64,000 bases of DNA from a virus: IMG/VR virus record IMGVR_UViG_3300037258_000514, positions 96,001 to 160,000 of that record; one strand, 5' to 3'. The stretch's first letter is position 1; every line of letters starts with the position of its first letter. Shown piece by piece: positions 38,555 to 51,285 of the stretch. A program made the translations under genes and the position numbers. A model generated the notes under the pieces. It saw nothing but the letters and a program-made list of their open reading frames with translations. It did not search any database and was not told the DNA's origin.

Positions 38555-39091
38555 TCAGGAAGTTAAAGTATCACGCTTTCCTGTTATCTTCGCAATCATA
38601 GAGTTCTTTATGCCTTCACGCAGGCTGCGCACTGATGCAGGAGCATCCTGCCATTTTACTGTTTCATCTCCTTCGTAAGTTGCAAGCGCTGAAGATGCAA
38701 TATTGTAATCGAGTTTAGGATAAATTTCGCCCGCTAATTTCCAAGCTTCAACTTCTCTCGGAAGAGTTCCGATCAACTCTTGAATTATGTAGTTGTGCGA
38801 AGGAGTATTAACAGCGTTAGCAATTGCATGACCCATTTCATGTGCAATAACAGTTGCAAAGAGCTGTCCCTTATTTTCGGACACTCTGTCGCCTAACAAA
38901 GAGTCAATTTGCTGAACATCGTTGCTAGGAACCATGATTATCGCAAATTCTCCTTTTCCATGAGGGTTAGGAGTTAACCGTGATACTTCATTTGTTTGTT
39001 TTCCATCGTCGTAAATCAGATGGATAGTTGCAATGCGCTTTTGTCCTTCTTTCAAGATAGGGCCATAAAATGCTTGATTCTCTTCTGTCAT
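38555..39091 (-). CDS. zincin-like (HExxH) metallopeptidase
   Basis: VIAHEMGHA...REVEAW. Confidence 0.65.
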   Translation of the reverse strand: MTEENQAFYGPILKEGQKRIATIHLIYDDGKQTNEVSRLTPNPHGKGEFAIIMVPSNDVQQIDSLLGDRVSENKGQLFATVIAHEMGHAIANAVNTPSHNYIIQELIGTLPREVEAWKLAGEIYPKLDYNIASSALATYEGDETVKWQDAPASVRSLREGIKNSMIAKITGKRDTLTS

Positions 39092-39652
39092 AATTTACCT
39101 TCCTTTCTTTGTATTATTGCTCAAGAATTGTTTCGTTGAGATGGTAAAGATATTGCTTCTTCAACTCTTCTCTTGCCTCAATCACAGCTTCTTTGACAAG
39201 ACGCTCTGCTTCACTTCGATTAATAGCGTTACGTCCGCCGAAGAAATCTGTGACAAGTTTGGTAATATCCATTTACCGTCCTTTCATGGTTATACCGGTT
39301 GCAATTAGCAACGAACTTTAGTTAGAGGTTAGGATTTCGGCGGGCAAAACAGATGCTGAGATGCGTTTTGCGTTTGGTCCACCATAGATGTTGCCTTCAG
39401 GTTGAAGCTTAATGAATACAGGCTGTTTAGCCAGATTTCCAATTGCTTTACCTGTGATGAAGAAATAACGACCGAGTAAGAGTTGAGAAGGAAGCTCACA
39501 CTCAGCATCAAACTGTGCACTGTCAGAAAAACCAATTGCTTTTACTAACTTCTCCATGTCCTCTGCATTATCGACGAACAAATATTCATCACCATCTGAA
39601 TCGTCAATCTTTAACGATGCAATTTCTACTTCACCTGTTTCTGAGTAATAGA

Positions 39653-40072
39653 TCAATTCGAGCCTTTCTTAAGATCGAACGTGCCCCAGTACTGCTTGCG
39701 TACTCCGAACTGGATGAAATACGACTTCCAGGCTTCATCGAAATAGCAGTTTGGAGGCGAATCGAGAAATAGAGCCACCATTTGTGTGTGTTCATAGCCT
39801 GCATGACCTGTGCCAATCTGAGTTACCTTGAATTCAAGTTCAGGATGTCTTTGGGCGAATGTAATAAACATCGCCACATAGTCCTGAATCTCAATGAAAG
39901 GCATGTCTACAATGTACGGATTGCCTTGTTCAACAGTCCGCGTTGGAATGGCAAAAGATTGACCTTGAATGCCAAACCCTTGCCCCTGCTTCGCACCGAA
40001 GTTAACGCGGGCGTCTCTCGCCGCGCCCGCACCGTGAATGCCGTGTGTATTACTGCCAAAGACAAAAATCAT
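39653..40072 (-). CDS. A1S_2505-family (macro-like) phage protein
   Basis: IFVFGSNxxGxHGAGAA...FGAxxGxGxGxQGQSFAIPT...FKVTQIGTGHAG. Confidence 0.8.
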   Translation of the reverse strand: MIFVFGSNTHGIHGAGAARDARVNFGAKQGQGFGIQGQSFAIPTRTVEQGNPYIVDMPFIEIQDYVAMFITFAQRHPELEFKVTQIGTGHAGYEHTQMVALFLDSPPNCYFDEAWKSYFIQFGVRKQYWGTFDLKKGSN

Positions 40073-41667
40073 ATTTTCCTCTCTACCTTCCAAGGCATAG
40101 ATACAAGATCTCTCGCTAGTTGTGAGAGTTCACCTCCATCATTGCACATCATTACAAGCTGATTATCTTTTTCAACTAAATCGGTTACGGAGACCACGAC
40201 AGTCTCCTCAAGATAGTTAGCGAAGCAGACATGTCGTTCCGGATTAAACTTTTCAAGCTTTACCATTAGATCAGCTACGGTCATTTGCCTCCTTTTCTAG
40301 ATGCAGTTGCATCAATAGAGTCTACTGTCACTAGACTCTAATGTTGAAACTACGTTAAAACACTAATTTCCTAGAAAGTTAACATCTTCAGCATTAAATC
40401 CTATCTCACCCATTGTAATATCACCGATGATTCCCGCTCCAAGGTCAGTTTGGAGAAGTTCGTCTAATGGGGGAAGTTGCGCGCCTTCAGGATCAGTACC
40501 AGCTTTGAGCGCGTTGTAATTAGCAGTCTGAGCATCTTTCTTTAACTGCGTTGCTTCTTCGAGGTTAAAGCCCACACCAATTAGTTCGTCCTTCTCACCA
40601 AAGATGCCCCACAACTTGTAGTGTTTATCTTCAAACATTAGCTTACCGTCCTTTCATTGGGTACTAACATCTGTTGAAGTTGTACCTTCCAGTTATCCGG
40701 AAGCTTTTTCCAATTGCCATCAACAAATTCTTCGATCTCATCGAAGATAGTTAGTAAATGTCCTTCAGGTGGATGCAGAAGATAGCCAGGATTAACATCT
40801 CTAAACATATCTGCTAGATGTCTCGAAGTTATTTCCAACATCCAAGCAGTTCTTCGTGCTTCTGTTGCATTTTGCCACATAAATTCAATTACGCTTGGGA
40901 TTTTCTTTGGGGACACGATTCTCTTCCTCCATTCTTCTTATTTTTTCCATTGTCCAAGTCTTGTGAACAAAACAACGCTGCACACCATCAATAACTTTTA
41001 TTGCAGGAAGACGGCAGCGTGAATATTTCGTCGTTAGACTCGGATATCTTGTAAGTACAGCGCATCTCTTCTCATCAGGTGGTGGAGTCGTACTAGCGAG
41101 GTATGTAAGATTACCATACTTATCGAGTCTGGACATCTAGTTTACCTTCGAAGGGTCTGTCTTCAAATATGGAGACATGTCCTTGATAAATTCGGGCATT
41201 AGTTCTTGTGGAACACCCTTCTCAGCCATTTGTGCGTAAACTTCTTGCAAAGTTGTCTCTCCGGGCTTGATGGCAATAACTGCACCGTTTATGTTGCTAT
41301 TGCTTTTATTCTTACTCGAGGATGAAAGCAAAGTTTGCAACAAGTCTTCAACAATAAGATCACGAACATCATGTTTAATGGAATGGCGAAAGTCTTTTCG
41401 TTGCTCTTCCGTAAGCTCATGTTTGTCGAAGAAAGCTTTCACTGCATTATGTGCAGTCACTGTTCCAACCGGGTCGTCGGCCATTAGTTTGTGGATTTCA
41501 GCAACCCCAAAATTAAGCGGTTCAAAGATCTCGTCTGTCATCAGTTTCTTCAGTTTGCAAGTTGGCGAGTGGATGTCTTTTGCGTCGTCGCAACTTATTT
41601 CCCATTGTTCTTTTGTGTATGCCATTCTGCTTGTTCTCCTTCATTTAAGATTAACACCCCAACCTTT

Positions 41668-42105
41668 TTAGTTCCTGATTTTCTTAGCAAGTTTATACGT
41701 AAAAGGTAATGAACATAGCCAATCCAAAGCCTGCTCAAAGTTATACCCGATACGTATGACATTCATTGCTGAATCGTGATCATACACATTGCGCCACCAT
41801 CTGTGGTTGCCGTCGAGTATATAACTGTCTCTTGACACTAACACAGGTTTTAGCTTGACTTCAATCGGCATATTCTTTGCCAAGTTAAAGTCAATATGCT
41901 GATGCGCATGTAATTCTTTTGGATCAACAACTTCCAAAGTTGGATTGAGTTTTTTCTCCCATGCTTTAACAATTAGCTGTGGAAGATCCTTTCTATCAAC
42001 CTGAGGCATAACAGCTCTCGGAACATAGAAAGGCAGCAATTCGCCTCCCCTATAGTCTATCCCAAAGAACGATTCGCCTCCAGCAGGTACTCTTTGTAAC
42101 TGCAT
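41668..42105 (-). CDS. ParB/Srx-like N-terminal domain protein
   Basis: PRxxMPQV...PVLVSRDSYILDGNHRW. Confidence 0.75.
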   Translation of the reverse strand: MQLQRVPAGGESFFGIDYRGGELLPFYVPRAVMPQVDRKDLPQLIVKAWEKKLNPTLEVVDPKELHAHQHIDFNLAKNMPIEVKLKPVLVSRDSYILDGNHRWWRNVYDHDSAMNVIRIGYNFEQALDWLCSLPFTYKLAKKIRN

Positions 42106-45100
42106 AAAACCTCCTATGTTCGGATAACTTTCTTTGCTGCTTCTTCCCATTGTTCGTCAGTTGCAAGAACATTAAGTAATGCTGTATGCAACGTAAGGAG
42201 ATATTCGTTTGCAAGCTCGTCGGCATTGTCGTAGATAATGTCGAGCTTTTTTGCTTGCTCTGCGATCCACTTAACTCTTTCGGTTGTTTTCAAGTTTTAC
42301 TCCTTTCTCAAATACAATTTCTTCTTCTTTCTCAACGTACTTATTAAGAGAAGAATCTTGTTGCATCTTTGTCTTAACAAATTCTTCATAGCTTCGCCAA
42401 GACAGAGAAGCAAGACGAGAAAGATATAGTGCATATACATCTTGTTTAGGCTTTTGCATCGTTATACTCCTGAAAGTTGTTTTAGCTTAGTAAGTTCTGC
42501 TTCTAATACCCTGATTTGCTGATTCTTCTCGCGAAGAAGATGCATTAATGTTGAACGTGTTGCTTTAACAACAGCAGAACAGCGTTCCGGATCGTCAATA
42601 AACTCCGATCCTCCAGGCGTTAATCCCTCTAGTTCACGTCTGTATCGCGTTAAGAGATCGTCTCCGTCTAATCTGTTCATTATATCTCCTTTCTTTTTAA
42701 ACTGCCTCCGACTAACCCGTCCTGTCTTAGTAAAACAGCTATTAAGTCGCGAAACATGCTGGTTGTCGTAATAGCGGCAGCTCTAATACATCTATCCAAT
42801 TGCACAACGGGTTCGCTGTGCAATTGGTAGGTGCGTTAGATGATTTCTTCTAACGATTCATCCGGATTAGCTTCCGGATCAAGTACGTCTGGCTCAGGAT
42901 CACGTTCAGACTGAAGTAGAGTGTCGATGTTGTCCTCTTTGAACAATTACTTTGCCTCCTTTCCATGAGGTTTGTTAGTCACAGCAACCTCTTGTACAGG
43001 TCCGGATACAATCATTGGATAGCCTCCCATTGCGACATACATCTCAGCTAGAGAGATTGACGATGCTTGTGGCATCTTCCTATCCAACCAGTTTCGAAAA
43101 CGTTTTAGCATGATGTTACCTTCCTTTCTAGCGTTCGCCGCGTAAAACTTGCGCGAGAGCGTTGTTAACAAACACATCGTCAGTGTGACGAAGAATTTGC
43201 GCAGCGATAAGCATGTCTATACGCAAATCTTTGGCAACACTGTAGGCTTGAGTTTCCAGCGTTTTTGCTACTTCCTTTGCAAATTTTGCTTTCATCGCTT
43301 CCTCCGCTTGCTGCTATTGTTGCGATTCGTTACGGTAAGGCGAAGCTTTAGTTGCTTCCCCAAGGAGCACTTCGTAATCTCGAAGCATACGTTCAGCAAA
43401 TTCCTCTTCCGACATTTTCTTCGGAGGCTTAGGTTTTCGCTCAATATTCAACATTAAACTTCCCCTGCACATAATCTACGATTACCTCAGCAACTACTAC
43501 GGCGAGGATTACGCAGACGGTTAAGATGATCTTACTCATCGCTGATACTCCCTTAAAATCGAAATACCACGACCACTCTACGATAATTGATGAGTGATCG
43601 TGGTTTACATGGCCCCGAAAAGCCTTACAGTTCCAGCAAGAAGTGTTCGCCAATCATACTAAAGGCGAACTCAACGAACTGGAATCCAACAAGCGTTGCG
43701 GAGATCTCCTTGTGCTGCATGTAAACTGCAACAGCAGCCAGAAGAACGACCAACGTGAAGATGGGAATGCGCCGGAACAAGACGCGCGCCAGTTTAGGGT
43801 GAGTGCAGAAGAAGCATTTCTTCCGCGCATTGTGCCTGTGGTACTTACGGGGCATAGAGCCTCCATGATCGCAACGTGAGCTATACACGTTGTTTGAGTG
43901 GACAACTACTGCTGTCCTTGCTGTACTAAGCCTACTTCGTCTCTAAGAGCGAAATAGTTAAACTCCTAACTTAGTACAGTAAGCACAGCAGAAGCCTGTG
44001 CTTTGTTTTCATGCAACTGTCTTATCAGTGATTCGTGCCGTAATGTAAGCGGTCATTTCCTCAGCAGACAGCAATTCTGTACCTGTCTTCTCAAGAACTT
44101 CCTCTGCAATATCCAACGCCCTCATGCCGTCTGGATAAGATAGATGCGAATCTTGAGACATAAATCTCGTAATAAATGCCACGGCACGACGCATTAGATC
44201 GTCGCGAGACATACCAGGATTCATTTCTGCTTCTCCTTTAGCGTCTTAATTGACCGATCAGCAATTGTGTCAGCAAAGACATCAAGAATGTCTTCGCTAA
44301 ACACTCCTCGTTGAATATAGATTTCGAGAATAGAACGAAACGCGCATCCTATTCCAGCACAGCCATTCACAACACTGTCGGGGAAGTGTTTAGTCATAAC
44401 GCTGTGCACGTCTTTGACTAATTCTGCTGCCTTTTCATCAGCGATCTTATCGAAGTAAAGAGAATCTTTAGAGGTCGACATTCATAAACCTCTCCACCTC
44501 AACTTCAGGCGTCCTGAAAAAATCGCTAAGAACATCGGCAACTAATCCTCCTGCAACAACAGTTGCAAGAATTGTACCGACTACTTTAGTGATAAACTGA
44601 ATGCTTTCCATTATATTACCTTCCTTTCATTAGTTTGAATTTCTGAGCGATCTTCTGTACTGCCCAACCAGTTAAAGCAATAAAGAAGAGTATGCAGCTA
44701 ACATACCAGCCAAACAGGAGTGTTTGCATTGTCCTCCTTAACTTACACCTGCACGGCTGCTGTGCCAGCCGTATAGTCTAAGCTAAGAATAGAGGTAAGA
44801 GCCAGCTAAAGCTCTAACTTCTCGTGTATGTAGAGGCAAATCGCAACAATAAGCTGATTTACCTAATGTCTAAACAAGCGTTGCGGGATAACATCGCCAT
44901 TAACATCCTTACAACCATGTGGTAGAACAAGATAGCCGAAGTCCTGTCCCTCCTTTGTTTTAACGACTGTGTGCTTCGGCACAACCCATTGATGGATGTG
45001 AAGGTCTTCCTGGAGAATCACATCTCCAAAAGCCTTCTTATGGAAAGGTAAATTTTCAATATACATGTTACCGTCCTTTCTTATTACATCTTCCAGTTTT

Positions 45101-45639
45101 CAGAAAGAAATTCTGTCGCCTTTTCATTTGCAGCAAGCATTTGACTAATGCGCGAACGAAGCTTTGTTAGTTTTGTGTAGTTCTCCTGAGCTTCGGAGAT
45201 ATTAGCGCCGCGAATCTTCCTCTCAGCGAAATATCTGCTAGCCCAAAGCGTCGTCCATTGATCGGCATAGCTGTAGGCAGTTGAGAGCGAGTCTTGCGCT
45301 TCCTCAAGCGCATTCATTACCTCTGCTTCTATTGCAGCGCCTTCAGCCTTCATCTTGTCAGCTTGTTTTGCCACAGTTTAACCTCCGAGTATAACTCTGT
45401 TTCTTGTTTGTAGTGCTTGCTCAGCGAATTTCCTCAGCTCAAACAGATGCGCTTGAGCTTGAGCAAGATCGTCAACGGGCAGGTTAGCATATGAAGCAAT
45501 ACGCTCTAATTCACCTGTTAAGTAGTTTTGCATCCGTAAATCATCCATGGACTCTCCTTTCATGAATTTGTCCAAAAACAAGAGCTACTCCTAATGTACA
45601 TCCAACAGCTAGCTGCGACTAGCGGTTGGTGTAAACTAG

Positions 45640-46044
45640 TTAGCCATTGTTAACGGCCCAATGCGGCATCTTCTGCTGCAGTTCTTCTGCTGCATCCTGA
45701 TTCTTCAACAGAATACTAATCGCATAGACCTGCTTACCATCCTTTCCAGGCGCGAAGCCTAATGACACGGTTGCATCAGTGTAGTGAAACTGACGGATGA
45801 GATCTTCCGATACACCGTCTGCTACTAGCGTAGCGCCCTCATCTTGAGGCAAATCGTTGAACGTCATGGTAATGCGCTGTTGTCGATGAGCCTGCGACAC
45901 AACTACGTCGGCAGTTTCTTTCAGCTCGCCAACTAGCGGTTCCATGCTATCTGCGTCTTTTTCCTCACGCGCTTCCAGAATCGAAAGATCCGGGATACGG
46001 CCACTGATAAGATCTTCGGCATTGCTAAGCGAAAGAGTTGTCAT
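45640..46044 (-). CDS. acidic hypothetical early protein
   Basis: 134-aa D/E-rich ORF with AAGGAG RBS. Confidence 0.6.
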   Translation of the reverse strand: MTTLSLSNAEDLISGRIPDLSILEAREEKDADSMEPLVGELKETADVVVSQAHRQQRITMTFNDLPQDEGATLVADGVSEDLIRQFHYTDATVSLGFAPGKDGKQVYAISILLKNQDAAEELQQKMPHWAVNNG

Positions 46045-46439
46045 TGTTATTACTTTCTCCTTGAGGTTTTGTTGATCCAGCGGTAAAAATCACTTTCAGC
46101 CACAGTAGAATTCCTACGAGGAATACAACTGTGACTACATCAGGAAGATCGTCACGCAACAACACATGCAGCGACATCGCACTCCTTACAGTATTGGCGG
46201 TTGACCAATACTAACTAAGACGTGATTAATAACAAATAGTAGCGGCACCAAGATTAGTGCCGCTACCAGGAAAAGCCAGCCAAGGCCCATTTACTTCTGG
46301 GCTTTCTTTTCTTTCTGTTGGCGAATTACGTTTACAAACATGCCCTCAAGCTTTCTGTTGCCTGAGTTCTTCAATGCCCCAAGCAGTTTGGAGCGCATCG
46401 TTGTGTTCATCATATGTACCTCCCTTTCTTGTTTTGTAC

Positions 46440-46468
46440 TTGACAGCAAGATCTAAATTTCTTACAAT
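46440..46468 (+). promoter_or_regulatory. sigma70 promoter, leaderless start
   Basis: TTGACA-17-TACAAT, ATG 6 nt later. Confidence 0.7.
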
Positions 46469-46474
46469 AAAAAC

Positions 46475-46843
46475 ATGAATCGTCCCTGCCCTGTCAGCAG
46501 GAAGTTAAAGTTGCAGTATAAACTGCATTGGAATAGTTTTTATAATCTACTGCATTGCAAACCTTACAATCCTGATGAAATAGCAATCTTTCCATATACA
46601 GAAGAAGGATTTCTCAAGTTTATAGACGAATTAGGTATTCCTAATTCGTTGATTAATCATCCCTCCCTTGCTCGAAAAGATCATCGCCTTCCTCATATTC
46701 CAGGCAATATTTGTTGGCAAGAACGTGAGTATAACATTGCTGAATCTCACTTCAGAAATCACTGGCTCCATCCTGCTGGCTACAGACATTGGAACGACGT
46801 AAGAAAAGGCGTTAAGGAACAAGTTCTGTTTTACAGATACTAA
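46475..46843 (+). CDS. degenerate HNH-like protein opposite to the flanking operon
   Basis: F..F..ELG...SLAR.D....PGNICW resembles 50415..50882. Confidence 0.55.
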   Translation: MNRPCPVSRKLKLQYKLHWNSFYNLLHCKPYNPDEIAIFPYTEEGFLKFIDELGIPNSLINHPSLARKDHRLPHIPGNICWQEREYNIAESHFRNHWLHPAGYRHWNDVRKGVKEQVLFYRY

Positions 46844-47773
46844 CTCTTGACAAAAAGTTTAACTTACTATAGACTTCGTCCGTGCGAAAGCACGGACGCC
46901 AGTCGTGCAACCTATGTTCCACTTCTGTTACAGCGCGTATACTTCGTTAAGCAGCTCACCTTCTACTGCATTCTACTCCTCGCTAATCTCGAACGTTGGA
47001 ATCTCACCAACGTATTGTCGTTGGGTGATTCGTTGTGGTACACTAGGCTCGCGCCCAGCAAACTGGTAAATCAGCCTGCGCTGGTTAACTTGCAGGTTGG
47101 ACGATCTTGTTGAACGAAACACGTGAAGCCGTTTTATCTTACGGTCATCACGTAGTTGAAAAGCCAGTCGTTCAGTATGAGATACAACGTGAGGATTACG
47201 GCCTGGATGCGCCATCGCATTTATCCCTCCTTGGCATGGAAGCCATTGTAAAACTCCGTATCGTACGGAGTAATAGGTAAGCTGTAAGACTCGACAGGAA
47301 ATTGCTCAGTCATTACTATGTTAACTCCTGCCTGTGAGAAGAGCACTTTAGCTAGTACATCTCTACCATCGTTTGTCCATGCTACGACGATGTGAATGAT
47401 TTCGATGTCTAAGCCTTCATCCTGCATAACTGTTACCTTCCTTTCGTTAGATTAGTGTAACCACGAAAGGCTACGTTTCTGACCACAATCAGCCTGCGCC
47501 TGAGCGTCTCCTGTTATTGTGGTAGTAGCCTTTCATCTGGTTGCGCTAGTCCTTTACGCTGTCCATACTAGCACAGCTACAGGCCATGATACACCTCTTT
47601 TCATTTGTTGTTGTGGTTTGACGAACGAGTTGATTACGCTGCTTAGGCGCCGATTTAGATTATGTTAATTGTTGTGTCTGGTTAAACTAGTAACGTTTCA
47701 TAAGGTAGCACCTCCTGTACTCATTACTACGCTCTCCTGGTTTGAAGAGCGCAGTATGAAGACAGGCTAGCCG

Positions 47774-48283
47774 TTAGCCTTGCGCTTTAACTTCTTCGCG
47801 AGACTCTTCGTCTTCCTCTTCCGCCTCGTTGTCTTCCAGTTCATGTTCCAGTTCGTCGACGTTTACCTCATCGCCGGCATCAGCAGCCGTCACCGAGTTG
47901 GCATCCATCATCTCCTGGTTGATATCGCGCCCGGTCTCAAAGCCTTCCTTCGTATTCAAGGAATGTTTGCCAACCGTAATGTGCACCTTGGTTGGATCGA
48001 CCGCTGCATGCGCAGCCACGGCAACCTTCGCCGTTACCTTTGTGTCTTGCTTGGTGAGCAACTGGTCACCGATAACGGCAGCCGCGAAACCCTCCTTGTA
48101 AGACTTGATCTCCGGCAACGATACGCCGCCCTGACGACCGATCTGAATCGTCGGCCAACCAGGCGCCTGGATGAAGACGTTCCCATTCTCTTCCGTCTGC
48201 TTAAAGTCCGGATTAACGGCCGGAACACGCGCAGCAATGGCCGAGACGAGCTTTTCCAGCGTAGCAGTTTGTTTTACGTTCAT
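47774..48283 (-). CDS. GC-rich early protein with acidic tail, paralog of 52773..53189
   Basis: WPxIxIGRxGGxxLPxIxSY...FxAAVIxD shared. Confidence 0.75.
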   Translation of the reverse strand: MNVKQTATLEKLVSAIAARVPAVNPDFKQTEENGNVFIQAPGWPTIQIGRQGGVSLPEIKSYKEGFAAAVIGDQLLTKQDTKVTAKVAVAAHAAVDPTKVHITVGKHSLNTKEGFETGRDINQEMMDANSVTAADAGDEVNVDELEHELEDNEAEEEDEESREEVKAQG

Positions 48284-50414
48284 ATTGTAACCTTCCTTTT
48301 AACGCCCAATGGGCGATGAATTGGAGCCTTGAAGCACTCCTTCCTCTACATCTGTGCATGTAGAGGCCACAGTGCTTAGTAGCGTGAATAGTGAGGTTTG
48401 CGACTAACAATGGGCGTTAGCAGCGGCAAGCCATTGACTGTCATGCCATCATAGTCGCAATGCTGCGCGATAGCAGGTTTCTTGAAGCCGAAGTATTTCT
48501 TCGTCACTTCCTGTTTACCGCACTTTGGGCAAGTATGAGACTCAGCCCATAGTTCTTGTGATAGGTGGGCGCAGCTATCGTTGTGCTCCCAGATGAAATA
48601 ACAGGAAGGACAGCGATGCTTATGGTTAGATCCGAAAGCCGATCCGTAGGACTTTGTGTTGTAAGGCATGAAACGCTCCTTGGTTGTTAGGAGTTAGAGA
48701 TTGTTAAATGTAGCGGACGTCGTCGAAGACTGCAACGTCATGTAGTGGATACATGACCATGTCGTTGTAGGTCTCAGGCCATCGTCTATTGTCTATTACC
48801 AACGCGGCAAGGTAGGCGTTCTTGGAAGGGAAGAGGTACGTAAGTACCTCTAGTTTGGTTTCAGGCTTGGGCCAGCCCAGTTCTTGGGCCTTACGCCCGC
48901 CTAGCCGAAGTGCTACTAGGGCAGCTTGTTCTGTCCATTCGGCTTCGGAGATGATGTTACCTTGAGGATCTTTGTAGATACCTCCGTCCATTGACATAGT
49001 GGTTCTCCTTACTGAGGGATGGGCCAACCGCGCCTGGTATATTCATTCTCAAGAAGACATTGGTCACGAATAGCATCCCAATCTTTAGGATTGGCAGCAA
49101 GAGCTGATGCAGTGACGCTCCACCAGCTATCCAGTTTTTCTTTCGGAATGTCTGTGTAAGACATGTAGTATCTCCTTTCGTAGTAACGATATAACTCGTC
49201 CAAACATAGTCGTTACTCCTTTCTGTTAGGGGTTAGTACGTGAGAAGAGGTAAGTGGTTAGTCGTTGAAGTGGTAGTAGGCGTAGTGGAGTGTGGTTGTG
49301 TGGAGTTAGTTAATAGTAGAAGGGGTAAGACGTTGCCGCCTACGCTCAACCGCAACCTCTTTCTGCAAGAGTACTTACCGTTGATATGGTTTGATTAACG
49401 AAACCAGGAAAAACGTAAGAGCGAAAGCAACTGCTGCAACTGCCAAATTCACAAACATGTTATAACCACCTTTCATTGAAAGTACAGTGAGAAGCACATA
49501 CCAAAACTGTCTATGCTTATAGCTCCCGTCAGTTGTTCAACGGTCCACCTAAGTCTCCAAACCTCCCCCATTTGTTCTACAATCCGGTCGTACGTTCGTT
49601 CGCCACAGTAAGTTGCCCTAACCGCCAGACAAACCAGTACGTTACACAATGAAGCACGTACAAGCACGTCTAACAGCGCGAACAGTGATTCTAGCGGACT
49701 GTAAACCTTGTGGTCTAGTCGCTGGGCTCACTATAAGCTTTAAATCGCTAATATTCTAGCGACCTACTAGGCGACGGTTCGGATGCTTCCCGTCCATCCG
49801 TTCGTTGGCGGTTTCAAAGTGCAACGGCGGCCATCTTCTATGTCCAACGTGTCAGTGATTCTTTCCACTGAACTGCCCACAGTGGTGGTTGTTCCACCAT
49901 GAGTTACCTGCACTTGGTGAAGCAGCAGGTTGACGCTGTACCGTTGCAGCCCGTTTTGGTATATGTTTCTCACTGTACTTCCTTCTTTTCTCTTTCTTCC
50001 TGTGAACCTATCCGTACGATAGGTCCTGCTAACAGCCCTAACTGCTTTAGTTTATTCCGATTGTCCTCCTTTAGATGCATCTGTCCAATCACCTTGTGGT
50101 AAGCGCCGCATGAGGCACAGTCACAAGTTTTAGCATGTGGTTGTGGATCAGGTCTATAATACCTTGTTTTAGGCATTATAAGAAATGGTAGGCGTTTGGA
50201 TTGAGGTGCTTTGGACATATGATTAATTAGGCCCTTTATGGCCCAATTATTATTATAATAGATCTTAATAGCAGATTATATAGAAGTTTTAAAGAAAACT
50301 GTGAATATCTAATATCTTCTGTTACACAACGTCTATACTACAACTGTTCTACAACTATTCTGCTACAAGCAGATGAGGTTGACTTACGGGACGATTCATA
50401 TTAAACTATAAGGT

Positions 50415-50882
50415 ATGTCATCACTAACTATGCAGTACGAAAGAGAATATGATGCATTCCTTGGTGCTCGTAATAGATGTAATACACCTTCAACAACAAG
50501 TTATGAAAGATATGGAGGTAGAGGAATTAAGTTCCTCTACAAGGATTTCCAAGAGTTCTTTACCGATTTAGGCGCCAAACCCTCTTATGAGAAACACAAG
50601 AATGGAATGCCATTATACTCGCTTGACCGGAAAAATACGAACGGGAATTACGAGAAAGGTAACTGTAGATGGGCTACATTCGAGGAACAGCAAGACAACA
50701 GAGAGAATGTAGGACGTCCGCGAAGATTAGAAGCAGATAAGCTAACAGAAGGAAAGTTCGATAAGATAGTCACGTTCTCGTGTACTAACAAGCAAGCTGA
50801 ACAGTTAAGAATCCTTGCTAGTGAGAAGGGCATGAATACTTCTGAGTATATGAGGTTCCTAATCTCAGAGCTTTCTACATAG
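50415..50882 (+). CDS. HNH endonuclease-like protein with C-terminal RHH-like domain
   Basis: RC...YGGRGI...SLDR.N.NGNYE.GNCRWAT..EQ; own TTGACT-17-TAAACT promoter. Confidence 0.8.
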   Translation: MSSLTMQYEREYDAFLGARNRCNTPSTTSYERYGGRGIKFLYKDFQEFFTDLGAKPSYEKHKNGMPLYSLDRKNTNGNYEKGNCRWATFEEQQDNRENVGRPRRLEADKLTEGKFDKIVTFSCTNKQAEQLRILASEKGMNTSEYMRFLISELST

Positions 50883-51285
50883 AAGTGGACCTTACTACAA
50901 CTGTTCTATATCTATTCTACAACTATTCTGCAGGGGATGTATTAATGCTTAGAAGGGATATTCGCACACAGGGATGAACTGATCTAAGAGTTGTGATACA
51001 TCTATACGATAGTTTAGATTGGCAGGAGAAGAGAACGGATCTAGAACACTTAACAAGTCTACAAACATGGTCCAAGCATTTGTCTGGATGTGTAATACAC
51101 CATTGTCCTCTGTACTCCGAACGTATGTGTGCTCCATACATCTGGTTATACCGATGCACGCGTAGTGCCCCTAAAATTCCCCCACGAGGGAGCTAGGTTT
51201 TTATGGCACGCACTACCAAGAATGTTCAGGATACACTGCTTCGCCTAAGCTTTTAGGGTACGTGGGAACTTTGGTATACTAGAAT

